Assembly: GCA_002269645.1 (NCBI GenBank)
Contig: NIVC01000083.1
Location: forward strand, 248,001 to 312,000
Source: Macrostomum lignano
Taxonomy: Eukaryota
Length of the DNA: 64,000 bases
Direction: 5' to 3'
Of the stretch, positions 46,001-58,807 are shown one piece after another; positions within the stretch are counted from its first letter, which is position 1; each line of letters starts with the position of its first letter. Below the pieces are notes generated by a model. That model saw only the letters and a list, made by a program, of their open reading frames with translations, ran no database searches and had not been told where the DNA came from. A program made the translations under genes and the position numbers.

Positions 46001-49000
46001 GGCTTCTAACTTCTTCATTCTGGCTTCTCACTGTTTCATTGTGGCTTCTCTCGTTTTCTCATGGCTTCTCACTGTTTCTCATGGCTTCTCTCACTGTTTC
46101 ACATGCCTTCTTACAGTTTCTCATGGCTTCTCCCGGGTTCTCATGGCTTCTCACTGTTTCACATGGCTTCTCACTGTTTCTCATGACTTCTCCCGGGTTC
46201 TTATAGCTTCTCACTTTTCATTATGGCTTCTCACTTTTCATTATGGCTTCTCACTGTTTCTCATGGCTTTTCACTTTTTCAATATGGCTTTTGAATTTTT
46301 CATTATGGCTTTTCACTGTTTCTCATCATGGCTTCTCAGTTTTTCTCATCATGGCTTCTCAGTGTTTTTTTATGGCTTCTCCCAGTTTCTCATGGCTTCT
46401 CACTGTTTCTCATGGCTTCTCACTTTTCATTTTGGCTTCTTAATTTACTTCTCATGGCTTCTCACCAACTCTTTACAATCATTCGAAATCCAACAGGTCG
46501 CCAAAGCCTCCACATCGTCCTCGTTTGACGCCAACGAAGCCGACCACGGCGAGGAGTCAGACTGCGATGACGCAAACGAACACGATGACGTCATAGTCGA
46601 CGACCGTCGCAACAGACAGAAGCGACTGCAAATTTTTAAAGCGCCATCAACAGCACCGCGAACGGGCTCTTCAAGATTGTCTGGCAATCGCCAAGGTCTC
46701 AAAGTCGGAGGCGGTCATCCGGAACGAATGTTCAAAGTGGTCCTAGCCGGTGACAGCTCGGTTGGGAAGTCCTGCCTCATCATGCGGCTGTGCGATAATA
46801 AATTTGTGGAACGAACCACCGCCACGTTGGGCGTCGATTTCAAAACTACGGTGCTGAATGTTGACGGCGAACTGCTGGCTGTTCAGGTGATAAAATTCTT
46901 CTTATTTATGCGAGATTGGAGATTTTAGCAATTAGCTACTGATACTACTTTTGTAAGTAGCACAACTAGATTGAAATGATAAGCGGTATCAAATGCATGG
47001 TCAGTTTATGTCACAATTTTTTTATAAAATTGTCAAATTTATGTCAAAAATAAAATAAAACTGACTCATACATGATGCCAGTAATGAGAAGAATGAATTC
47101 ATAATTGAGTCAATGCAATCTTGAGGTCATAAAAGCGATTATTAATGAGATCACAAATGGGATTATAAATGAGGTCATTAATGGGATCAGAAATAATTTC
47201 ATAAATGGTGAGTTCGTAAATGGGGCCATAAATTGCATCATAAATGAGATCACAAATGAGGTAATAAATGAATGTCAGAACTCAGAAGTGTGAGGCTATA
47301 AAAATGAATCTCCCATTCCCGGCCGTAACTCGGCAGCTGTGGGACACGGCGGGTCAGGAGCGCTTCCGGTCCATCGCTAAATCCTACTTTCGGCGTGCGG
47401 ACGGCGTGCTGCTGCTCTACGACTGCTCACATGAGCGTTCGTTTCTGAGCGTTCGCGACTGGCTAAGCCAAGTGCGCGAAGCTGCCGACGTGCCGATCAT
47501 GATCTGCGGAAATAAGATCGACCTGCGAGCCGAGGCGGAGCTCAAGCAGCAACAGAGTCAAGACAGTCAGCAGAATCAACGATTTGTTGGCTACACCGAA
47601 GCCAGGAAGCTGGCTCAAGAGCACGACGCCCTGTTCGCGGAGACCAGCGCTAAAAGTGGAGAAAATGTGGCCGAGAGTGTGGCCGAACTGGCCAGACAGA
47701 TGCGAGCTAACGAAGATTTGCAGGTGGGTTGGGGGTGGAATCCTTCACCTGTTGGATAGAATTCTCCAAACCTGTTGGATAGAATCTCCCCAAACCTATT
47801 GGATAGAATCTCCCCAAACCTGTTGGATAGAATTCTCCAAACCTGTTGGATAGAATTCCCCAAACCTGTTAAATAGAATTCCCAAAACTTGTTGGATAGA
47901 ATTCCCCAAACCTGTTGGATAGAATTCCCCAAAACTGTTGGATAGAATTCCCCAAACCTGTTGGATAGAATCTCTCCAAACCTGTTAAATAGAATTCCCA
48001 AAACTTGTTGGATAGAATTCCCCAAACCTGTTGGATAGAATTCCCCAAAACTGTTGGATAGAATTCCCCAAACCTGTTGGATAGAATCTCTCCAAACCTG
48101 TTGGATAGAATTCTCCAAACCTGTTGGATAGAATTCCCCAAACCTGTTGGATAGAATCGCCCAAACCTGTTGGATAGAATTCTCCAAACCTGTTGGATAG
48201 AATTCTCCAAACCTGTTGGATAGAATCGCCCAAACCTGTTGGATAGAATTCTCCAAACCTGTTGGATAGAATCTCCCCAAACCTGTTGGATAGAATCTCC
48301 CCAAACCTGTTGGATAGAATTCTCCAAACCTGTTGGATAGAATCTCCCCAAACCTGTTGGATAGAATTCCCAAAACCTGTTGGATAGAATTCCCAAAACC
48401 TGTTGGATAGAATTCCCCAAACCTGTTGGATAGAATTCCCCAAACCTGTTGGATAGAATTCCCCAAACCTGTTGAATAGAATTCTCCAAACCTGTTGGAT
48501 AGAATTCCCCAAACCTGTTGGATAGAATTCCCCAAACCTGTTGGATAGAATTCTCCAAACCTGTTGGATAGAATCGCCCAAACCTGTTGGATAGAATCTC
48601 CCCAAACCTGTTGGATAGAATTCTCCAAACCTGTTGGATAGAATCGCCCAAACCTGTTGGATAGAATTCCCCAAACCTGTTGGATAGAATTCCCCAAACC
48701 TGTTGGATAGAATTCCCCAAACCTGTTGGATAGAATTCTCCAAACCTGTTGGATAGAATTCTCCAAACCTGTTGGATAGAATCTCCCCAAACCTGTTGGA
48801 TAGAATTCCCCAAACCTGTTGGATAGAATCTCCCCAAACCTGTTGGATAGAATTCTCCAAACCTGTTGGATAGAATCCCCCAAACCTGTTGGATAGAATT
48901 CTCCAAACCTGTTGGATAGAATCTCCCCAAACCTGTTAGATAGAATTCTCCAAACCTGTTGGATAGAATTCCCCAAACCTGTTGGATAGAATCGCCCAAA

Positions 49001-49586
49001 CCTGTTGGATAGAATTCCCCAAACCTGTTGGATAGAATTCCCCAAACCTGTTGGATGGAATTCCCCAAACCTGTTGGATAGAATTCCCAAAACCTGTTGG
49101 ATAGAATTACCCAAACCTGTTGGATAGAATCGCCCAAACCTGTTGGATAGAATCTCGCCAAACCTGTTGGATAGAATCGCCCAAACCTGTTGGATAGAAT
49201 TCCCCAAACCTGTTGGATAGAATCGCCCAAACCTGTTGGATAGAATTCCCCAAACCTGTTGGATAGAATCTCGCCAAACCTGTTGGATAGAATCGCCCAA
49301 ACCTGTTGGATAGAATTCCCCAAACCTGTTGAATCGCCCAAACCTGTTGGATAGAATTCCCCAAACCTATTGGATAGAATTCCCCAAACCTATTGGATAA
49401 GTATAATTGTTAGTAAGATATAAAGTAACAACACTGCATTTTTAAAGTAAATAACTTATTATGATGCAACCTAACAATTAAACCCAGGTGAGCCAGGCAC
49501 ACTCACAATTATCATGGCAGCAGCAGTCAGTACAGCTAAAAGAGGGCAGCCATGGAAGCAGTCGTCCTGCCTGCTGTGAGACCTGA
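43032..49586 (+). CDS. RASEF: RAS and EF-hand domain-containing protein (Rab45); exons 43032-43289, 44390-44827, 45121-45552, 46497-46886, 47337-47723, 49488-49586
   Basis: Two EF hands (DRDCSGYIE, DKDGDGRISLEDF), a coiled-coil middle, a Rab domain (FKVVLAGDSSVGKS, ATLGVDF, LWDTAGQERFRSIAKSYFRRADGVLLLYD, GNKIDL, ETSAK) and a C-terminal CCET prenylation-type motif. All introns are phase 0, GT-AG. Confidence 0.92.
43820..44335. repeat. 24-bp minisatellite (TTTCTTAGAAACCCAACGGACTTC)n in RASEF intron 1
   Basis: Highly homogeneous tandem units. Confidence 0.95.
44905..45085. repeat. 17-bp minisatellite (AATTAGAATCCCAACTC)n in RASEF intron 2
   Basis: Tandem units read directly. Confidence 0.9.
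45560..46465. repeat. 20-bp minisatellite (TCATGGCTTCTCACTGTTTC)n filling RASEF intron 3
   Basis: Tandem units with an internal block duplication. Confidence 0.95.
47745..49398. repeat. 23/24-bp minisatellite (AAACCTGTTGGATAGAATTCCCC)n filling RASEF intron 5
   Basis: Tandem units over ~1.65 kb. Confidence 0.97.
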
Positions 49587-50720
49587 TAGACAAGAAGCAA
49601 GCTGAATTGGAGTGAAGAAGACATTTAAAATCGAATATTTTGATGCCTAGAATAGCTTGATTTGATACTATTTTGTATTATTTTAAATGTAATTCACTAA
49701 AACTTATTGTAGCTTAAACCTCTCTAAAGTAAAAAGGCTAAGAAATTCAACAAGATGTTTTTTCAGATTTAAGGCTACAATAATTGTTTTATTTATTCAA
49801 CAAAAGCTTTGAAATTTTACTAGAAACTGCTAAACCCATAAATAAATATAATAGCTTGAAAAATGCTACAATAAAGTAAATTTTCATTTTCAAACTCATT
49901 AATGCCTATATCTTCTAATATAATACAATCAACAACAGGCCGTGTAAATATAAATATAAAAATGTTTAACTTCATTGTCCATGCAAAGTATTTTGCTAAT
50001 GCCTCACAATAAATTTTATCTGCTTGTTTTATTGGTTAATAACTATTTGCCCTATATTCAAAGTTTTTTCTTGATGTACTGTATATTTTAAAGGTTTTTC
50101 ATAATTAATATACAGTACAGTACTTCTATAATAACTTTGATTTTATTGATTGAGTGATTTTATTGGATTGAGTAAATAATATAAATATTCAAGCTTTTTC
50201 AAATTATCAAAAATTTAACCCAACCCTAATTTGGCATACTTAACAGTATGAACTGCAGCAGCAGATAACAAATTTTTGGCTAATACAGTATTGGCAAAAT
50301 TCTTATGTTAATAGTTGATTGGTATGCTTATTTATTATCTAGAAACTAGACGTGGTTGTAAATATAGTAGCAGCAGAAAAACCTTACCGTTTAATTAAAT
50401 TCATCCACGATGACGTCTGTTAAAATGCCGCTGAAACGAAAACTATTATTTATAACAAAGCCTGCTTACATGTATTACACTTAATTAATAGATTAGCCTT
50501 AAATTAAAGTTTGTATTGAAAAATGCAATTATTATTTTATAAATAGTAATTTTCAGCATTTAACTTTGATTAGACACTATTTACAGTGGATACATATTTT
50601 ATTATATAGGTTTGGTTGTTGGCCGACGTTGAAATATGAAACCGGATTCTTCGAAATTTTACTTTTAGACTGAGGAGGTCTTGTCTTGACTTTGTTGTGC
50701 AGATTAAACTAAAGTATAGT

Positions 50721-53700
50721 ATGTCTTCTTTATCTCCAATAGCACAGAATCCAGCAATGTCCAATCTTGCAAATCTAATTTTGGCTGCTAGTTTCCCTAA
50801 ACTTTCTCTATCGCCCTCTCAAATGCAATCTGTGAATCTGAGCCACCTTTCTGGGAGCGTTACATTGCCCGTCGAGTTAGACCAAGCTGTTCAGGGAATT
50901 GGAATGGCTGCTGTTAGTGTTAAACAGCAGCACTTAAGGTACTATTAATGTATTCTGCTTTTGTTGGTTACCATGTCATATTTGTACTCATAGCCATAGC
51001 ACTTACATCATAATCACTTACAATTACATCATCACATGTATACTTAACTTAGCCTTTAATGACTAGCTATTCATATAATTTATAGGGCCTATGTCTATTA
51101 TGTGGCCATATTGTGGGCCTATGAAAACATCTGCAGTAGGTTTAGGTTATATCAATTATCATTTGCTATATTTTGATATTGTTATAGCATATTGATAGTC
51201 AAGTTTTTTATTTTTGTATTATTTTTATAAGTAATTTATATTAAATGAAGTTCTTGGCTATTATGAATTTATTTTGTGAAGTTTTTCTTTCTAATTTTTC
51301 TATAATTTCTTCAGCCAACATGACTAGACACCCTTGAGCCTACCACAAATACTTTCCTAAAAATGAAATTCAATTGTTAGAACTTTATTATTTTTATTTT
51401 TAAGTCATATTTGAAAAATAATACAGTTTCTATTTTTCCTGTTTTTTCTTGTTGAAAATATGGATAATATTAAATCCACGTCAAAATGGCCACACGCAAA
51501 ATGGCCTCATAACAGAATGGCCACACTGTCAAAATGGCCACATGTCAAAATGGCCACATATAACAAATTTGGATGGCTGCACCATCAAAATGGCCACACA
51601 ACAATTTTTTATAAGGTGTGACACAATGTTAGTTTATTTAGTTTATTTAGGATGTGATCTTCACCCTGCTCTTTTGCCACCTGTCCGCTCACAACTATAC
51701 CAAGTCCCATACATGCGTAACCTCCAAAATTCGGTCGGCCATGCGACTTAGTTTTAACAAAAATGCGACATAGTTTTTGGCCAAAAATGCAACTTAAATG
51801 TAAAAAACCCTAAAGCAAAATTAACGCAACTTTGGGTAAACGGCAGGAGTAACTATGACTGTCTTATTAGGTCAAAATGCCTTGGCAGCTACTTGTACTA
51901 CTACTTTAGTATTTTTTCAGGTGGGCATTTTTGCGACCTCCTTGGTTGGCCGTCAAATCGGTTGGCCGACTTGGCCGACTGTTGTGCATGTATGCCAAGT
52001 CCTGAGCAGTGACAGCTGCTCAAGCAGAAGGTTGCAGACATTTGAAATTAGGACATCAACCTAATTTTACTGATTTTACTAATTTTAATTTTACTTTGTG
52101 GCACACATTTGTTTAAATACATGTACATTTGTTCGTATACTTATTCGAAATTGTCCTATGCATTTCTTATCAAGTTGAATTTCAAATCCAATCTGCAATT
52201 TCTTACGAAGTCTATAAACATAATAACCTATAAGCAAGTACATGTCCTAATAACTCGAATAACTTGATATGTTAACGTAAAGACAGGCGCGGATCCAGGA
52301 ATTTCTTGAGGGTGGGCCAACTTTTTTCATACTGCCCCAAGTAGGAACCAACTCCAAGGCCTGAGCCCTTTCTTTACTTAGAAGGGGGCCAAAGGCCAAG
52401 AGCAGAATTTTTTTCGAGGCAGCGGAGGGGGGGGGCATGGCCCCCTTGCCCCCCCCCCAGGATCCGTCATTGTGTAAAAACTTAATTAAATAACACTTAG
52501 AAACATATTTGCATATTGTATGACCAAATAAACTAACATTAAACTAACTCAACTAACTCAACTAAACTAAACTAACTCATGCATATGAAACTTATAAAAA
52601 TTTGTTATATATGGCCATTTTGATGGTGTGGCTATTCCGTTGTGAGGCTGTTTTGTGTGTGGCCATTTTGACGTGTACCCATAATATTATATGATTAATT
52701 TTTGCTAATTTAGATAACAAAATAACTTATATTGAATATTATCTATAGCAACCTAATATTTTAATTAAACCATACACATTTTTTATAAAAAGGCTAATCT
52801 AATAGGCAAATATAAAGAAATAAGATCTAAAGACATACATATATAGCTGCTTGCCAATCTAGCATGCATAAAATTGTTTTTATTTTATTTTTGTACTTTA
52901 CTTTTTTTGACAAAGTTTGATAATCAAGATTTTGTCTACTTTGTCTTTGTTTTTAAGTAAGTTGAATTCTCTGTGATAACGAAGTTGCATATTTAATGAA
53001 ATTTTAAAGGCTTCACATATTTCTAAGGTCCCATTTAAGTGTCTTTTTTAATTAAATAATAGTAATACTAAGAGATTTTCATTAATGAAATCATTATTGA
53101 TAATTGAAATTTGTTTTCAGAACTGCTTTTAAGTGCCAAATACTATTTTAGTAACAATTCTAAGTTTGTTTATTTAACAAATGGGATTAAATAATAATAT
53201 TTATAATATATGAATATGTATAAAAATGTTTGTTCCTTTAAAGAATCTGTAACCTAAATTTCTTTCAATTTAAAAAAACTTTTCTGACACAGTTACCTGC
53301 GAGATTTCCGCACTCAGCAGTGCCCACTATTCGCCAATCACAAGTGCACCCAGCATAAGCCATTCACCTGCTTTCACTGGCACTTCCCTAATCAGCGCAG
53401 ACGGCGGCCAATTCGCAAATCCGATGGCACATTTTCCTACTCTCCCGATGTCTACTGCGACAAGTATGACGAGACTCGAGGCGACTGTCCGAATGGCGAT
53501 GCCTGCCCTTATCTGCACCGCAATGCCGGCGACACTGAGCGAAGGTACGTCGGTCTAACCCTCTCCTGACTGGCCGATCAACCTAAAGTTTCGTCAGTCT
53601 CCAAGCTGTACTTTGATCCTGCAGTCTGCTAATTTCTCTTCTCTTCTGTCTAAGTGATCGCCGGCCTTTTGTTTTGCAATCTCATCTGTTTATGGTGTTG

Positions 53701-56700
53701 CTGTCTGCCTCTCCATTCTTTTGCTCTTCATCCCCTCGCCCTTCTCACCTGCTACCCACTGTCTCACTCACCCCATCTCACTTTGCTCTTCACTCTCTCT
53801 GTCTCTCTCTCCCCCTCCCTCCCTCTCTTTTACTCCCTCTCTTGCTCTCCCTCCCTCTCCCTCCTTCTCCTTTCCTCTCTCCCTCTCCCTCTCTCCTTCC
53901 TCTCTCTCTCCCCCTCTCACTCCCTCTCTCTCTCTCCGTCCCTCTCTCTCCTTCCCTCTCTCCCTCTCCTTCCCTCTCTCCCTCTCCTCCCCTCTCTCCC
54001 TCTCCTTCCCTCTCTCCCTCTCCTTCCCTCTCTCCCTCTCCTTCCCTCTCTCCCTCTCCTTCCCTCTCTCCCTCTCCTTCCCTCTCTCCCTCTACTTCCC
54101 TCTCTCCCTCTCCTTCCCTCTCTCCCTCTCCTTCCCTCTCTCCCTCTCCTTCCCTCTCTCCCTCTCCTTCCCTCTCTCCCTCTCCTTCCCTCTCTCCCTC
54201 TCCTTCCCTCTCTCCCTCTCCTTCTCTCTCTCCCTCTCCCTCCCTCGCCTTCCCTCTCTCCCTCTCCTTCCCTCTCTCCCTCTCCTTCCCTCTCTCCCTC
54301 TCCTTCCCTCTCTCCCTCCTTCCCTCTCTCCCTCTCCTTCCCTCTCTCCCTCTCTCCCTCTCCTTCCCTCTCTCTCTCTCCTTCCCTCTCTCCCTCTCCT
54401 TCCCTCTCTCCCTCTCCTTCCCTCTCTCCTTCTTCCCTCTCTCCTTCCTTCTCTCCCTCTCCTTCCCTCTCCCTCTCCTTCCCTCTCTCCCTCTCTTTCC
54501 CTCTCTCCCTCTCCTTCCCTCTCTCTCTCTCCTTCCCTCTCTCCCTCTCCTTCCCTCTCTCCCTCTCCTTCCCTCTCTCCCTCTCCTTCTCTCTCTCCCT
54601 CTCCCTCCCTCTCCTTCCCTCTATCTCCTTCCCTCTCTCCCTCTCCTTTCCTCTCTCCCTCTCCTTCCCTCTCTCCCTCTCCTTCCCTCTCTCCCTCTCC
54701 TTCCCTCTCTCCCTCTCCTTCCCTCTCTCCCTCTCCTTCCCTCTCTCCTTCCCTCTCCCTCTCCTTCCCTCTCTCCCTCTCCTTTCCTCTCTCTCTCTCC
54801 TTCCCTGTCTCCCTCTCCTTCCCTCTCTCCCTCTCCTTCCCTCTCTCCCTCTCCTTCTCTCTCTCCCTCTCCTTCCCTCTCTCCCTCTCCTTCCCTCTCT
54901 CCCTCTCCTTCCCTCTCTCCCTCTCCTTCCCTCTCTCCCTCTCCTTCTCTCTCTCCCTCTCCCTCCCTCTCCTTCCCTCTCTCCCTCTCCTTCCCTCTCT
55001 CCCTCCTTCCCTCTCTCCCTCTCCTTCCCTCTCTCCCTCTCCTTCCCTCTCTCCCTCTCCTTCCCTCTCTCCCTCTCCTTCCCTCTCCCTCTCCTTCCCT
55101 CTCTCCCTCTCCTTTCCTCTCTCTCTCTCCTTCCCTGTCTCCCTCTCCTTCCCTCTCTCTCTCTCCTTCCCTCTGTCCCTCTCCTTCCCTATCCCCCTCT
55201 ACCCATCTTTCTCATTCTCTATCCAACTTCTAATAATCCATCTTCCACTTCTATTTTTATATATCTATATCTTCCTTCTTAATCATTCCACCCTTTTAAT
55301 CCTTTTTTATTTATTTTCCATCCAGTTTCGCCTCTACTCTCCTACCGTATTATTTAATTCTTACCTGTGAAAAACATTCCAAAAAGAGCATTTCTTAACA
55401 CAAATAAACGCCTCATCAACCTTTTTATAGATATCATCTTCGCTATTTCAAAACTGGCACGTGCATCCACGACACGGACGCCAGAGGCCAGTGCACCCGA
55501 AACGGATCTCATTGCGCATTCGCTCACGGCGCCCAAGACTTGAGGGTGCCAGTCTACGATATCCGCGAAGTGCAGGAGGCCGCCGACTGCCCAGTGAACT
55601 TGCCAGCTAGCCTGGAGAAAGAGCGAGTCCTGTCGGAGGACCCCAAATGGAACGAAATGAGCTATGTGTTGGCCAACTACAAGACTGAGCAGTGCCGCAA
55701 GCCGCCCAGGATGTGTCGTCAAGGCTACGCTTGCCCGTTTTTTCACAACGCCAAGGATAAACGACGAGGACCGCAGTTTTATAAGTATAGGTGAGAATTT
55801 TTCTGTACTTAATCCGTGCTTGATTGTACAGGTGTGGGGTTATAAAGGTGTAGGTTTGTACAGATGTGGGTTTATAAAGGTGTAGGGTTGTACAGATGTG
55901 GGGTTATAAAGGTGTAGGGTTGTACAGGTGTGGGGTTATAAAGGTGTAGGGTTGTACAGGTGTGGGGTTATAAAGGTGTAGGGTTGTACAGGTGTGGGGT
56001 TATAAAGGTGTAGGGTTGTACAGGTGTGGGGTTATAAAGGTGTAGGGTTGTACAGGTGTGGGGTTATAAAGGTGTAGGTTTGTACAGATGTGGGGTTATA
56101 AAGGTGTAGGGTTGTACAGGTGTGGGGTTATAAAGGTGTAGGGTTGTACAGGTGTGGGGTTATAAAGGTGTAGGGTTGTACAGGTGTGGGGTTATAAAGG
56201 TGTAGGGTTGTACAGATGTGGGATTATAAAGGTGTAGGGTTGTACAGATTTAGGGTGGTACAGATGTAGGGTTGTACAGGTGTACAGATTTAGGCTTGTA
56301 CAGGTTTAGAGTTGTACGGATGTAGAGTTGTACAGGTGTAGGGTTGTACAGGTGCTGGGTTGTACAGGTGTAGGGTTGTACATGTTTAGGTTTGTACAGG
56401 TGTAGGGGGGTCAGATGTAGGGTTGTACAGGTTTAGGGTTGTACAAGTGTAGGATTGTACAGGTGTGGGATCGAACAAACAATTTAAGGACTATGAATAT
56501 TTCATACTGTTCTGAATTTAGTGTAATCGCATGCATTATTATCCTGTTGTCATAAATTATTCTACATGTACAATTTTTGAAAGTTGATAAACTTAGCGAT
56601 TATGAAGTTGGGATTAAAAGATATACTTTATGTTTGTAACTAGGCGTATATTTTTCTTTCAGATTAATATTTTAACCCGCAGTTAATCCCATGTTGACTG

Positions 56701-58574
56701 CCTGCGTACACTCGAAACTGCACTCTCTCACTACCCGCCCACGCCAATCAATTTCAAATCGATCTATCTGTCTTACTGACGGCTCCATATAGGGTTTCAA
56801 ATTTCCACTGAGTCTGCATAGTCAGAATGATTTTAATCGCTACACTTTGCTAACTTAGCACTGCTGTCATGCATACCTTGCATTAATCATAAATAAATTT
56901 AAACGCCCACTCAATGGACATTTTTCTCTTGACTTTTTATCGCAACACTCGATAGCAGGGACTTTACGAGTTAGCTAAGTAAATTTGGGCTTGTGGGTCG
57001 GATCGTGACTTAGTGGCATGCCGGATATGAAGGCCAATTGCAAGGTTTAGTATTCTTGCCAAGTTCTTATCGCACACTGCTCCTAGCAATGCTCTTGTGG
57101 GTAGAAAATTCGTTTAAAATCCGTTCTTGCAAGTACAAGCGTACTTTATAAAATTCTTTATTGCCCATAGCAGCATCAGATCTTTTGCAAAAATAATTCT
57201 TCAAATATTGTACCAGTTGCTTGGCAATCCGCTAGCTTCCCAGATCCTCAGTTGCTGGGCCAGCCTCCCAGAGTGTCAGTTGCTGGGCCAGCCTCCCAGA
57301 TCCCCAGTTGCTGGGCCAGCCTCCCAGAGTGTCAGTTGCTGGGCCAGCCTCCCAGAGTGTCAGTTGCTGGGCCAGCCTCCCAGAGTGTCAGTTGCTGGGC
57401 CAGCCTCCCAGATCCCCAGTTGCTGGGCCATCCTCCCAGATCCCCAGTTGCTGGGCCAGCCTCCCAGATTCCCAGTTGCTGGGCCAGCCTCCCACAGTGT
57501 TAGTTGCTGGGCCTGCCTCCCAGATCCTCAGTTGCTGACATTAAGACCTTCAAAGCATCAGATAAGATGTCTACTAAGATGGCTCGCTCTCCACCCCACC
57601 GCAGGTCAACTCCCTGTCCAGCAGTGAAGAGCTCGGACGAGTGGCTAGACAGCAGCCTCTGCGAGCAGTCAGATGACTGCCAGTACTGCCACACCCGCAC
57701 AGAGCAGCAGTTCCACCCGGAGGTGAGCGCTGCTTTTTATTGTCTGTTATTTACTTTTCCATCTAGTTTTTTAATCCTCTGAACTAACAGTGGTTCTGAT
57801 GGAATTTCGTTTTCCAAGTTCTTTTTGGTTAGAAATCTGCAGTTGTACACGTTTATATGTATCAGGTGCTATATTTAGGCTGCAATGTTTTTGTGCAAAA
57901 CCACCTCACTCAGAGTGCTGGATATTCGTCATGGCTTTATTTAAACTGTTTTAACGTGACAGCTTTATTTGATATTTTAATCAGTTAGTAACGTTTATTT
58001 TTATTCTCTTGCAACATTCGTTAATTAGCTAGCTATTGAATTTCTTTATTAGTTTCTTAGATTGTTAGTTAGTTAGTTTGTTTGCTTGTTAGTTTGTTTC
58101 TTAGTTTGCTTGTTAGTTAGTTATTTAGTTAGTCAGTTAGTTAGTTAGTCAGTTAGTTAGTTATTTAGTCAGTTAGTTAGTTATTTAGTCAGTTAGTTAG
58201 TTATTTAGTTAGTCAGTTATTTAGTTAGTCAGTTATTTAGCTAGTCAGTTAGTTAGTTAGTCAGTTAGTTATTTAGTCAGTTAGTTAGTTATTTAGTTAG
58301 TCAGTTATTTAGTTAGTCAGTTATTTAGCTAGTCAGTTAGTTAGTTAGTCAGTTAGTTAGTTATTTAGTCAGTTAGTTAGTTATTTAGTCAGTTAGTTAT
58401 TTAGTTAGTTAGTCAGTTAGTCAGTTAGTTAGTTAGTTATTTAGTTAGTTATTTAGTCAGTTAGTTAGTTAGTCAGTTAGTTAGTTATTTAGTCAGTTAG
58501 TTAGTTAGTTAGTCAGTTATTTAGTCAGTTAGTCAGTTATTTAGTCAGTTAGTTAGTTAGTTAGTTATTTAGTC

Positions 58575-58609
<35 letters not shown>

Positions 58610-58754
58610 CAGTTATTTAGTCGGTTAGTTAGTTATTTAGTTAGTTAGTTAGTCAGTTAGTTAGTTATTTAGTCAGTTAGTAAGTTATTTAATCAGTTAG
58701 TTAGTTATTTAGTCAGTTAGTTATTTAGTTAGTCAGTTAGTTAGTTAGTTAGTC

Positions 58755-58807
<53 letters not shown>

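Larger units (their letters stand above)
51473..52680. mobile_element. ~1.2-kb non-autonomous DNA transposon with ~100-bp TIRs and a 9-bp TSD (Mutator/MULE-like) in UNK intron 1
   Basis: The left end CACGTCAAAATGGCCACACGCAAAATGGCCTCATAACAGAATGGCCACAC...ATATAACAAATTT is the reverse complement of 52595-52680. ATAATATTA flanks both sides (51464-51472, 52681-52689). Subterminal AAAATGGCCAC repeats are present. Confidence 0.8.

Noticed and set aside
47615-49364. ORFs of 561 and 490 aa on the minus strand
   Set aside because: They are translations of the RASEF intron 5 minisatellite.
53654-55370. Three ~540-aa Leu/Pro/Ser ORFs
   Set aside because: A pure C/T tract cannot contain stop codons; it lies in UNK intron 2.
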